This document shows, in pieces, positions 15,788-24,659 of a stretch of DNA of 32,000 bases. Source of the DNA: Candidatus Syntropharchaeum caldarium (lineage in GTDB: Archaea; Halobacteriota; Syntropharchaeia; Syntropharchaeales; Syntropharchaeaceae). The translations under genes and the position numbers were made by a program. The stretch is from positions 450,001 through 482,000 of the forward strand of contig LYOS01000001.1 of assembly GCA_001766815.1 (NCBI GenBank), in the 5' to 3' direction. Under the pieces are notes generated by a model. It was given only the letters and a program-made list of their open reading frames with translations, was not told the origin of the DNA and ran no database searches. Position 1 is the stretch's first letter. Every line of letters starts with the position of its first letter.

Positions 15788-17044
15788 CTACCTGAATGGA
15801 ACTGGTTCGTTTAACAGGAAACTTCCATCCATGATCCTTTTTTTAAGCTCTTTTGCAATTTTTACCCCTCCGCAAAGGTCTGACTGGCGGCATACAATTG
15901 GAATATCTCTTGATCCAATCCTCACAGATCCATTATCGCCAGAGAACGCTCCAGCAGTGCAGATCAGACTGCATGATCCACAGTTGAAGCAGCGATTCCG
16001 ATCAATCTGCTTTAATGCGATCGAGAAGGCATGTGTTGGGCAGAACTCGTCAACAGGGCATTTTTCACAATCAATACATGCGTCTGGATCAAATGTAGTC
16101 GATAAATCTTGATTCCAGACATCAGCATATGTAATCTCGCCTATCGGGATTCTGCCATGAACGTCAACCACCTTGAGGGGTATCTCGTGGTTTAACTTCT
16201 TCAGATTCTCAAGTATCTGTTCATTGAGTACAGGGATCGGTATGGCCCATGAATTTATAACTTCAGGCCCTGCTGACGTCTTAAATCCACCCATATATAT
16301 CGGGTTCATGTCATGCATGTCTGCAAATCCAGATAGATTTGGCTTCTCCCATGTGCTGCGTGTTCCCACTCCCTCAACAAAACCCTCTGCACCGTTCATT
16401 AGGATGCGCGTTCCTATACCGATTGTATCAAGATGGGGATCATTCTCAAGTGGATTTATCTCTCCACAACCAGAGAATGTGAGTTCCTTTAGCGAGCCTT
16501 TGAGCGGCAAAGTGGAGAAGATCGACGATACTTCGCACTCTTTTGTATTTACAAATGCCATGTAGTTCTTAAATGCGTTCCTAACTCCAACCATACGCGC
16601 AAATGGTATCTCATCCAGTCTTATCGTGGTATCGATCTGCTTACCATCTGATGATGTAATCTCAACCGTGATACTGTGACCATCGACGAGATCCCTGAAA
16701 AGATCCCCTCCTCCATAATCGCCATTATGCGCTGTTCCATATACAACAAGATCAAGAACCCCAAGCCGTTCATTAGGACAGGGTCCAGGAAATGCAGGAA
16801 TGCCATTCAGGCGAACGTCTATCGCACGCACAAATGTATCAGGTCTGGAAACATGAAAAGAGAGTATCGCCATTGTACCACTCATAATCCCCCTTGTTCC
16901 GCAGGTTACAACATCGATATCATCAAAAGTTATCGCATCTCGCCCCTCTTCCCGCACAAGGTTACAGAATTCATCCGCACTCATAACTCGTACTGAACCA
17001 TCCATGATCCGTCTGTTGATCATGGCGATACTTCGTGCCGTCAT
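15788..17044 (-). CDS. COG1900/DUF39 (homocysteine-biosynthesis-type sulfur-incorporation) protein fused to a C-terminal 2x[4Fe-4S] ferredoxin domain
   Basis: N-terminal pattern INRRIMDGSVRVMSADEF...DVVTCGTRGIMSGT... is typical of DUF39. The C-terminus holds CIDCEKCPVDEFCP and CFNCGSCSLICTAGA. Confidence 0.65.
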   Translation of the reverse strand: MTARSIAMINRRIMDGSVRVMSADEFCNLVREEGRDAITFDDIDVVTCGTRGIMSGTMAILSFHVSRPDTFVRAIDVRLNGIPAFPGPCPNERLGVLDLVVYGTAHNGDYGGGDLFRDLVDGHSITVEITSSDGKQIDTTIRLDEIPFARMVGVRNAFKNYMAFVNTKECEVSSIFSTLPLKGSLKELTFSGCGEINPLENDPHLDTIGIGTRILMNGAEGFVEGVGTRSTWEKPNLSGFADMHDMNPIYMGGFKTSAGPEVINSWAIPIPVLNEQILENLKKLNHEIPLKVVDVHGRIPIGEITYADVWNQDLSTTFDPDACIDCEKCPVDEFCPTHAFSIALKQIDRNRCFNCGSCSLICTAGAFSGDNGSVRIGSRDIPIVCRQSDLCGGVKIAKELKKRIMDGSFLLNEPVPFR

Positions 17045-17045
17045 T

Positions 17046-17402
17046 TTATCTCCTTACCAGTGTATGGAGTGTCACCTCTTTTGACCCAAAAAATTCCTTT
17101 GAAAAGTTTGCGACGACTTCAGGATCATACGACTTGCAGCTGAAGATGTCAATGTACCCGTTTGCTGTTCTGTCCACAAAATGACCAGATATTAACGATG
17201 TTTCGATGAATTGAACGACCGAATATCCTCCATTATCGCTTTTTTCACCGAAATAGAGGATCATGGCCTCGCCAAAGGGTTTCATATCGATAAGCTCACA
17301 GAGATCCTTGATGTATTGCTTGATCGCCTCAGGATTTCTGATAAGCGCAGGATCACACCCATACAGATCGATACTTGTCGATAACCCCCATGCCTCATTC
17401 AT
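17046..17402 (-). CDS. Small AdoMet-decarboxylase-fold (SpeH-like, pyruvoyl-type) protein with a non-canonical processing motif
   Basis: GLSTSIDLYGCDP..., GGYSVVQFIETSLISGHF and GYIDIFSCKSYDP parallel the SpeH pattern (G.H...D..GC / GVS.v..l.ESH.siHT.PE / a.vDvftCG). It ends 1 nt before the next gene's ATG. Confidence 0.5.
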   Translation of the reverse strand: MNEAWGLSTSIDLYGCDPALIRNPEAIKQYIKDLCELIDMKPFGEAMILYFGEKSDNGGYSVVQFIETSLISGHFVDRTANGYIDIFSCKSYDPEVVANFSKEFFGSKEVTLHTLVRR

Positions 17403-17482
17403 GCAGAGAATAATCGTTGGATCAAGTTATAAAGTTTTTTGAGCTGTCGGTAGCAGACGCAAACCTCCTAAAAATAGTAAAA

Positions 17483-17490
17483 TTTATATA
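17483..17490 (+). promoter_or_regulatory. TATA-like box upstream of fpoI
   Basis: tttatata lies 87 nt upstream of ATG 17577. This implies a leader of roughly 60 nt that carries GGAGG at 17568-17572. Confidence 0.35.
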
Positions 17491-17576
17491 TCTTGCATCA
17501 AAGAAACATCTCAATTAATATTCATAATTCAATCAGATGGTTTAGCTCTGAGCTTTTCGAGTCTGAAGGAGGATCT

Positions 17577-17960
17577 ATGAAGGGGATAGCCAAAGGAATG
17601 GGAGTAACATTCAGGTACAACTTCAAACCAGCCATTACAGTACAGTATCCTGACGAGAGCCCCGTCATCGAAGAGCGCTTCAGAGGGCATCATCACATCA
17701 TGAGCAAAAACTGCATCGCATGTAACCTCTGTGCAAAGGCATGTCCTGTCGGTGCGATCAAGCTCTCATTTGAGAAAGGTGAAGATAAAAAGAAGGTTTT
17801 AACTGAGTACGAGCTTGATATTGGTGTTTGTATCTGGTGTGGGTTATGTGTTGACGCCTGCCCAAAAGATGCGCTTATCATGTCACAGGATTTTGAACTT
17901 TTTGCACGGGAACGAGAAGAACTGAAACGTAATCTTTTGGAGGAGGAAATTCATGCTTGA
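17577..17960 (+). CDS. fpoI: Fpo/Nuo complex subunit I (2x[4Fe-4S] ferredoxin-type)
   Basis: CIACNLCAKACPVGAI and CIWCGLCVDACPKDAL; N-terminus KGMGVTFRYNFKPAITVQYPDE. The start is set at ATG 17577 behind GGAGG, not at the track's 17493. Confidence 0.85.
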   Translation: MKGIAKGMGVTFRYNFKPAITVQYPDESPVIEERFRGHHHIMSKNCIACNLCAKACPVGAIKLSFEKGEDKKKVLTEYELDIGVCIWCGLCVDACPKDALIMSQDFELFAREREELKRNLLEEEIHA

Positions 17961-18195
17961 GAGTTTTGTATTTGCAATTGTTGCGTTGATCCTCCTTCTT
18001 TCGAGTATCATGGTTGTGAAATCAAAAGAAGTGATGCACAGTGCATTATCGCTCGCTGTGATGCTCATCGGAATTGCGGGTGTGTATGTCATGCTTGACG
18101 CCGAATTTCTGGCAGCAGTTCAGATCCTCGTCTATGCGGGTGGCGTTGTGATACTGATTGTATTTGCGATATTCATGTTGAGGTGGGAGCGATGA
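17953..18195 (+). CDS. fpoJ: Fpo/Nuo subunit J, N-terminal part
   Basis: FAIVALILLLSSIMVVKSKEVMHSALSLAVMLIGIAGVYVMLDAEFLAAVQILVYAGGVVILIVFAIFM is the NuoJ core. The J subunit is split into two ORFs, as reported for the Methanosarcina fpoJJ arrangement. Confidence 0.8.
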   Translation: MLESFVFAIVALILLLSSIMVVKSKEVMHSALSLAVMLIGIAGVYVMLDAEFLAAVQILVYAGGVVILIVFAIFMLRWER

Positions 18196-18446
18196 CGATG
18201 AATTACAGTACCGGACTGATAAAGGCATTGATTGTTCTTATAATGCTATATGGAATTGTAATGACGATCCAGTCAACTACATGGGAGATCGATGAGTTTG
18301 CGATCGATAAAACACCAGAAAACTTCGGGTTTGCCCTATTTAACGAGTCGCTTGTTGCGTTTGAGGTTACATCAGCCGTTCTCACCGCAGCACTTGTCGG
18401 TGCGCTCTTTCTGGCAATGAGGGAGAAAGAGGTGATGAGTCGATGA
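18192..18446 (+). CDS. fpoJ: Fpo/Nuo subunit J, C-terminal part
   Basis: Two-TM protein between J(N) and K. ATG 18192 follows GAGGTGGG and overlaps the preceding stop. Confidence 0.65.
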   Translation: MTMNYSTGLIKALIVLIMLYGIVMTIQSTTWEIDEFAIDKTPENFGFALFNESLVAFEVTSAVLTAALVGALFLAMREKEVMSR

Positions 18447-18739
18447 TCCCACTCGAATGGTACCTCATACTTGCTGGTACCTTATTTTCAATCGGTGCTT
18501 ATGGAATACTCGTTGAACGCAATGGTCTTAAGGTTTTGATGTGCCTTGAGATCCTTCTAAATGCAGCAAATATTAATCTTGTTGCTTTTTCAAGGGGAAA
18601 TCTCATGGGACAGCAGTTTGCACTCTTTTCAATCGCTATTGCAGCATGTGAGGTTGCGGTCGGTCTTGCACTCCTTATAATGCTCTTCAGGTACATGGAC
18701 ACGATCGATCTTGAGACTTTCAATATACTGAGGTGGTAA
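18443..18739 (+). CDS. fpoK: Fpo/Nuo subunit K
   Basis: 98-aa three-TM protein, LEILLNAANINLVAFS...AACEVAVGLALL (NuoK pattern). Confidence 0.85.
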   Translation: MIPLEWYLILAGTLFSIGAYGILVERNGLKVLMCLEILLNAANINLVAFSRGNLMGQQFALFSIAIAACEVAVGLALLIMLFRYMDTIDLETFNILRW

Positions 18740-18741
18740 CA

Positions 18742-20667
18742 ATGGCGTGGATTGAATATGCATACTGGATCGCACTTCTGCCCCTGATTGGGTTTGTTCT
18801 GGAGCTATTTGTCGGTAAATACACCTGGAAGCGGGGTGGTATATTTGCAAACCTCGCCATACTTGGATCAACGATCATCGCTATTGGAACACTCACAGAG
18901 GTTCTTGGAGGTGCAAGGATAGATGTATCTGTGTCATGGTTCTTTGATGGCATTGTAGTCGGATATTTGATTGATCCGCTTGCAATCGTGATGCTGTGTA
19001 TGGTATCATTTGTTAGCCTGATGATTCACATCTATGCAACCGCTTACATGGATGAAGATCCGAACAAGTCACTCTACTTTGCAGAAACTGCACTTTTCAC
19101 CTGTGGAATGCTTGGACTTGTTCTCTCAAACAATCTCTTACAGTTATTCATCTTCTGGGAGCTTGTTGGTGTCTGTTCATATCTCCTGATTGGATTCTGG
19201 TGGTACAAACCAGAAGCAGCAGCAGCGGGAAAGAAAGCGTTCCTGACAACCCGTGTTGGAGACGTTCTCTTCTTGCTGGGTATTATATTGCTCTATTTCA
19301 ATGTTTCACATCTGCCTGAACCGCTATCATTCAAATATCTCTTCTCGCTTGAGGTACTTGAAGCAATCCCACATACGCACCTGACAGCAATCGCACTCCT
19401 GTTTCTGGGCGGTGCTGTTGGAAAAAGTTCACAGTTTCCGCTTCATGTCTGGATTCCAGATGCGATGGAAGGTCCAACAACGGTTTCCGCTCTCATCCAT
19501 GCAGCAACAATGGTAACAGCAGGAATTTATCTTGTTGCAAGGACGTATCCGATCTTTATCGCATCACCCGACGCTCTGGTTGTTGTTGCGGTACTTGGCG
19601 GTTTCACAGCCCTCTTTGCAGCAACACTCGGTCTTGTCGTGAATGATATAAAGCGGGTGCTCGCCTATTCAACGATCAGTCAGCTTGGGTACATGCTCTG
19701 CATGCTTGGCGTTGGATCGATCATCGGAGCATTTGCGGTTGGATACTCACTCTTCCATCTGATCTCACATGCATTCTTCAAAGCCCTTCTCTTCCTCTGT
19801 TCTGGGGCTGTGCTTCATGGGCTTGCAAATACGAGGGATCTGAGGGAGATGGGTGGACTACTTAAGAAGATGCCAGTAACCGCAATTGCGATGCTGATCG
19901 GTGCATTGAGCCTTTCAGGATTCCCATTGACAGCAGGCTTCTTCAGTAAAGATCGAATCATCGAGACCGCCTATGAGTACGGAGTTGCAACCAATAACTT
20001 CCTGCCATGGATATTTATCCTCCTTGCAGCTCTTCTTACAGCAGTTTACACATTCAGGCTCTGGTTTATGGCATTTACAGGTGAACCACGAAGTTATCTT
20101 GCAGAACATGCACACGAAGCTTCAAAGATCATGACGATACCGTTGATTGTGCTCGCAGCATTTGCACTATTCTTTGGCATCTTCCAGAAAAAATTCTATA
20201 CGTTTGTGGGTGCAAACTTTGACTCGCACCTGATCGAAGAACTGGCACATATCGGTGGGTATCATTTTCATCATGCCGGTCATGTGCCATTTGTAGTCAT
20301 GATACTTCCTGCAGTCTGTGCAATCGGAGGAATTGCGATTGCTTACGGAATCTGGTATAATAATCGGGTCGATGTATCAACGTTCATCTCAAAGGAAAAC
20401 CCGATCTATAGATTGCTCTGGAACAAGTACTATCTCGATTTCATCTTCAAAGATTTGATTGCAGAGCGAGTATTTGGGTTTGTGGCGCTTGTTGCAGAGG
20501 CATTTGATAAGTATGTGATAGATGGCGTCGTAAACGGAATAAGCTACCTGGTACTTACAACAGGATCCAGACTGCGCAAGATCCAGACAGGTGTTGTCGA
20601 AACGTACGCGACCGCGGTCGTGATTGGGGTGGTTATACTTATACTTCTCATAGGAGGGGTTATCTGA
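18742..20667 (+). CDS. fpoL: Fpo/Nuo subunit L (antiporter-like)
   Basis: FIFWELVGVCSYLLIGFWW, GKSSQFPLHVWIPDAMEGPTTVSALIHAATMVTAG, AYSTISQLGYM. ATG 18742 lies 6 nt after GAGGTGG. Confidence 0.9.
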   Translation: MAWIEYAYWIALLPLIGFVLELFVGKYTWKRGGIFANLAILGSTIIAIGTLTEVLGGARIDVSVSWFFDGIVVGYLIDPLAIVMLCMVSFVSLMIHIYATAYMDEDPNKSLYFAETALFTCGMLGLVLSNNLLQLFIFWELVGVCSYLLIGFWWYKPEAAAAGKKAFLTTRVGDVLFLLGIILLYFNVSHLPEPLSFKYLFSLEVLEAIPHTHLTAIALLFLGGAVGKSSQFPLHVWIPDAMEGPTTVSALIHAATMVTAGIYLVARTYPIFIASPDALVVVAVLGGFTALFAATLGLVVNDIKRVLAYSTISQLGYMLCMLGVGSIIGAFAVGYSLFHLISHAFFKALLFLCSGAVLHGLANTRDLREMGGLLKKMPVTAIAMLIGALSLSGFPLTAGFFSKDRIIETAYEYGVATNNFLPWIFILLAALLTAVYTFRLWFMAFTGEPRSYLAEHAHEASKIMTIPLIVLAAFALFFGIFQKKFYTFVGANFDSHLIEELAHIGGYHFHHAGHVPFVVMILPAVCAIGGIAIAYGIWYNNRVDVSTFISKENPIYRLLWNKYYLDFIFKDLIAERVFGFVALVAEAFDKYVIDGVVNGISYLVLTTGSRLRKIQTGVVETYATAVVIGVVILILLIGGVI

Positions 20668-22208
20668 TGACATTTGGTCCAATCACACTGATACTTGCTG
20701 TACTTTTAATCGGGGCAGTCATCACATTTCTGACTCGTACACAGAAGCAGGCAAGGAGCGTTGCGCTTGTATCATCGGGCATCGCACTTTTAATTGCTCT
20801 ATCGATGTATCTTGGGTTCAATGGCAAGAATGGCATGCAATATACAGAGTCAGTCACCTGGATTGCATCGCTTGGCATCGGATACAACGTGGGTGTCGAT
20901 GGCATCGGACTTCCAATGGTAATCCTTGCAACGCTAATCTCGTTCCTCTGTGTGATCTATGCATGGGGAGAGGGGCACAGACCAAATCAGTTCTTTGGGC
21001 TGGTGCTTCTGATGGATATGGCACTTGTTGGAGTCTTTGTCGCGCTTGATTTCTTTCTCTTCTACATGTTCTGGGAATTGACGCTGGTACCAATGTTCTT
21101 TTTGATCGGTATCTGGGGAGGTCCGCGAAAGCACTATGCCGCGATTAAGTTCCTGATATATACGCATGTTGCAAGTGTCGCAATGATGCTCGCGATCTTT
21201 GCGATGTACTACTTCAATGGTGCAGCAACTGGTACTTATACATTCGATATGACCTATCTGCTCTCGCGATATGCTGCGGGTGCAGTACCCATCTCGCCGT
21301 TGTGGATCAATCTAATACTCGGAGGTATGTTATTCGGATTCATGGTGAAGATGCCAGCAGTTCCGTTCCATACATGGCTTCCAGACGCCCACGTTGAGGC
21401 GCCAACCGTGGGAAGTATCCTGCTGGCTGCAGTGCTTCTCAAGATGGGGGGGTATGGACTGTTCAGAGTGATAATTCCACTTATGGCAAACCCCGATGCA
21501 TCCACGACCTTTGTCCTCGTCATTGCAGTCTTTGGCGTCGTGAGCATTCTCTTCAGTACTTTTGTCGCGCTGGCACAGAAGGACCTCAAGAAGCTTGTTG
21601 CATACTCCAGTATCGGGCACATGGGCTACATATCACTTGGAGTTGCAGGTGCGGTTGCATTCGGGACATCAGAGCTGCCAAGAATCCTTGCGGAGACGGG
21701 AGCGATGTATCAGATGTTCTCACATGGGATCATAACAGCCGTGCTCTTTGGATCTGTGGGTGTAATACAGCATGCAACAGGCACAAGGATTATCGAGGAT
21801 CTCGGTGGGCTCACAAAACACATGCCAAAACTTGCTTTCGTGATGCTTGCAGGATTCCTTGCATCGCTTGGTCTTCCTGGCATGAGTGGTTTTGTCGCCG
21901 AGTTTGCAATCCTGACGGGTTCATTCTCACAGATCCCAATCTTCGTGCTTCTTGCTATGTTTGGAATCGTGTTTGTGGCAGCGTATCACCTGTGGGCAAT
22001 CCAGAGGGCGTTATTTGGGCCATACAATGAATATCTTGGGGATATCCATGATATAGCAATCTATGAGCTTCTTGCGCTTGCGATACTTGTGGCACTGATC
22101 ATTATACTTGGAACGCCAAACCCGATCTGCAATCATCTCTTTTCTGAGGTGATGCAACCAACGGCAGCAAATATACTATCGATTTTACCCAAAGGAGGTC
22201 TGCTATGA
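20667..22208 (+). CDS. fpoM: Fpo/Nuo subunit M (antiporter-like)
   Basis: FYMFWELTLVPMFFLIGIWGG, KMPAVPFHTWLPDAHVEAPT, AYSSIGHMGY. ATG overlaps the fpoL stop (TGATG). Confidence 0.9.
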   Translation: MTFGPITLILAVLLIGAVITFLTRTQKQARSVALVSSGIALLIALSMYLGFNGKNGMQYTESVTWIASLGIGYNVGVDGIGLPMVILATLISFLCVIYAWGEGHRPNQFFGLVLLMDMALVGVFVALDFFLFYMFWELTLVPMFFLIGIWGGPRKHYAAIKFLIYTHVASVAMMLAIFAMYYFNGAATGTYTFDMTYLLSRYAAGAVPISPLWINLILGGMLFGFMVKMPAVPFHTWLPDAHVEAPTVGSILLAAVLLKMGGYGLFRVIIPLMANPDASTTFVLVIAVFGVVSILFSTFVALAQKDLKKLVAYSSIGHMGYISLGVAGAVAFGTSELPRILAETGAMYQMFSHGIITAVLFGSVGVIQHATGTRIIEDLGGLTKHMPKLAFVMLAGFLASLGLPGMSGFVAEFAILTGSFSQIPIFVLLAMFGIVFVAAYHLWAIQRALFGPYNEYLGDIHDIAIYELLALAILVALIIILGTPNPICNHLFSEVMQPTAANILSILPKGGLL

Positions 22209-23671
22209 ACTACGAACTGCTCTTACCTGAACTTATCGTCGCAGCTTCTGCACTCATCGTGCTTCTGGCAGTCTTCATCAAGGATGGTGGGAAGAAATTT
22301 GCAGGCTATCTAAGTATCATCGCACTTCTCACAGCACTCATTCTCGTCCTGAAGGATGGACTTGTCACACCAGCTGCGTACTTCAATGACACGATCGTAA
22401 TCGATCCGCTGAGCCAGATCTTCAATATGATCTTTCTCGTTGTGGCACTCCTTGTTGTAATCGCAGGAATCAGGTACAACGAGGATAAACCGAATGCCGA
22501 GGTCTTCTACTCGCTTCTCCTCTTTGCAACACTTGGTATGATGATTGTTGCAATCTCAAACGACCTCATCCCGTTATTTGTCGGATTTGAACTCGCAAGC
22601 CTCGCAACATATCCGTTAGCAGCGTTTGAGCGGGAGAAACGTGGTATCGAGGCATCGGTCAAGTATTTTGTGATCGGGGGCTTATCATCAGCAATACTCC
22701 TCTTTGGGCTATCCTACATCTATGGTGTGACAGGCACAACGAAGATACCCGAGGTGGCAGACGCACTCGCTGTTAATCTGATGACTCCAGCATCACTTCT
22801 TGGACTCCTCTTTGTTATTGCAGGTTTCGGGTTCAAGATGGCGCTCGTGCCGTTTCACATGTGGGCGGTCGATGTCTATGATGGCGCACCCTATATTGTG
22901 ACAGCTCTGCTATCATCTGCATCCAAGAAGATGGCGTTTATCGCTGGCTTCAAGGTACTGATCGTCGGGCTTATCGCACTCAGGGTTGATTGGTATATCG
23001 GAATCGCACTGCTTGCAGTTATGACGATGACACTTGGCAACGTTGTTGCAGCGGTTCAGAAGAGTGTTAAGCGGATGCTTGCATACTCAAGCGTTGCCCA
23101 TGCAGGATATATCGCCATTGCATTTGTTGTAATCTCAAAATCATTATCTGCAGCAGAGATCGCGGTTGCAGGAGGTATTCTTCACATCTTCTCACACGCC
23201 CTGATGAATCTGGGTGCGTTTCTCATCGTTGCGGTTGTTGCAACTGCCGCGCTCTCAAAGGTTAAACCAGGAGAGGAGGATAATCTTGACAACTATGCTG
23301 GACTCGGAAGGATCGCACCTGTAACCGCCCTCCTGATGGCGATCCTGATGCTCTCTCTCGGTGGTGTGCCGCCTACGTTCGGGTTCTTCAGCAAAGCCGT
23401 GATATTCCTTTCTGCAATCAAGGCCGACCTTTTATGGATTGCTATAATCGGCGTCCTGAATAGTGCGCTCTCTCTTTTCTATTATGCGAGAGTTGTGATG
23501 TATATGTACTACCGTGACCCAGTTCTCGATCGCGTCAGCGAGCCACTTATGTATATACTTCCGATAGCACTTGCAACCGTGGGTGTTCTGCTTCTCGGAC
23601 TCTATCCACCAACCTACGAATGGGCGTTTGAGGCAGCGCGCACGCTTCTTGCAATGGGAGGTATTCTATGA
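22205..23671 (+). CDS. fpoN: Fpo/Nuo subunit N (antiporter-like)
   Basis: GFELASLATYPL, FKMALVPFHMWAVDVYDGAP, AYSSVAHAGY. ATGA overlap with fpoM. Confidence 0.9.
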   Translation: MNYELLLPELIVAASALIVLLAVFIKDGGKKFAGYLSIIALLTALILVLKDGLVTPAAYFNDTIVIDPLSQIFNMIFLVVALLVVIAGIRYNEDKPNAEVFYSLLLFATLGMMIVAISNDLIPLFVGFELASLATYPLAAFEREKRGIEASVKYFVIGGLSSAILLFGLSYIYGVTGTTKIPEVADALAVNLMTPASLLGLLFVIAGFGFKMALVPFHMWAVDVYDGAPYIVTALLSSASKKMAFIAGFKVLIVGLIALRVDWYIGIALLAVMTMTLGNVVAAVQKSVKRMLAYSSVAHAGYIAIAFVVISKSLSAAEIAVAGGILHIFSHALMNLGAFLIVAVVATAALSKVKPGEEDNLDNYAGLGRIAPVTALLMAILMLSLGGVPPTFGFFSKAVIFLSAIKADLLWIAIIGVLNSALSLFYYARVVMYMYYRDPVLDRVSEPLMYILPIALATVGVLLLGLYPPTYEWAFEAARTLLAMGGIL

Positions 23672-24081
23672 TCAAAGAAGGATTTTATCGGTTGATGATC
23701 GCATACTATAATGGCTGGGCCGAGTTTGAGAGCATCTATGGTGATATAGATCTCGTGGTGCATTATCTCAAGCGCGGTCTGAAGTATGCCGAACGACTGA
23801 AGCGCGTGGCATCCAGCGAGAGAGATATTCATGTCGCAGAGGCGAACATCAGGAAAGCGCGACTTATCCTCTCGTTGTTTGAAGAAAAGATCTCGGTCTC
23901 TGAGTTCAAGAAAGGGATGCAGGAACTTGAAAAGTACCCGATCGCATTCAGGAGGGGGCGGGAGGATATTGGAACGCCAGAAGAGGCAATAGCAGCGACA
24001 ATTCACCGTATTGAGTACACCTATGATCGTTATGATGTGAGATACCCCAGCTTTGACATGCATCGAAGTGGTGATAGATGA
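23668..24081 (+). CDS. Hypothetical soluble, helix-rich 137-aa protein translationally coupled to fpoN (occupies the fpoO position)
   Basis: ATGA overlap with the fpoN stop. No TM segment, no Cys and no recognised motif. In Methanosarcina the gene after fpoN is fpoO, but homology cannot be asserted from memory. Confidence 0.5.
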   Translation: MIKEGFYRLMIAYYNGWAEFESIYGDIDLVVHYLKRGLKYAERLKRVASSERDIHVAEANIRKARLILSLFEEKISVSEFKKGMQELEKYPIAFRRGREDIGTPEEAIAATIHRIEYTYDRYDVRYPSFDMHRSGDR

Positions 24082-24332
24082 TGATTCAGGAATGTATCGA
24101 GGAAATGAAACACAAGGGCGGCGCGGAAGGGGCTGCAGAATTTATCAGGTGCATCAAGCGGCATAAAGAGGAAGTTTACTGGGATGAAGAGCTTGGAAGG
24201 CTCAAGGTTGCAGCTGAGGTCTGGCAGGATGGTTGGGAAGATCTGATGCGAGAAGTGACAGCGAAACTTGGTATCACAGATCGCAATAGCTACATTGCGG
24301 TTAAGAATAAATATAATCTGACGATGTATTAG
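24078..24332 (+). CDS. Hypothetical 84-aa acidic protein, coupled to the preceding ORF
   Basis: ATG overlaps the preceding TGA (ATGATGA). No motif recognised. Confidence 0.4.
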   Translation: MMIQECIEEMKHKGGAEGAAEFIRCIKRHKEEVYWDEELGRLKVAAEVWQDGWEDLMREVTAKLGITDRNSYIAVKNKYNLTMY

Positions 24333-24443
24333 GGTATCAGACTTTGAGTGGAGCGTAGCGAAACCAGATATGTGTCTGTTAGGCGCTGTTGGTCACCCAA
24401 CTTTCCATGATCAATTCTAAACTCAGTAAATTTTTTGAGTATT

Positions 24444-24611
24444 TCAGATAATCCACGGGAAGACCGTAACAACGATGGTCAGAAAGCCAAGGATGATGCA
24501 GAACTTTGAGAAGTTCAGATGCCTGGCAGATCTCATGAGAAGGTCTATCGTGGCATATCCTGTGAGAAAAGCGACAGTGATCATGACAAGCACATAAGCT
24601 ATCCGAAACAT
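24444..24611 (-). CDS. Candidate 55-aa two-TM small membrane protein downstream of fpoH (below the ORF-track length cutoff)
   Basis: Hand translation of the minus strand gives MFRIAYVLVMITVAFLTGYATIDLLMRSARHLNFSKFCIILGFLTIVVTVFPWII*. GGAGTG lies about 10 nt upstream of the ATG. It is in the same frame as fpoH, 16 codons after the fpoH TGA. Confidence 0.4.
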   Translation of the reverse strand: MFRIAYVLVMITVAFLTGYATIDLLMRSARHLNFSKFCIILGFLTIVVTVFPWII

Positions 24612-24659
24612 GGCATAAGCTACACTCCGCTGCGCAGAGATAATTGCGCTGGTGAAACT

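Noticed and set aside
17493-17576. Upstream start for fpoI at 17493
   Set aside because: The extra 28 aa have no NuoI counterpart. ATG 17577 is preceded by GGAGG at ideal spacing, and the protein then begins with the conserved KGMGVTF... N-terminus.
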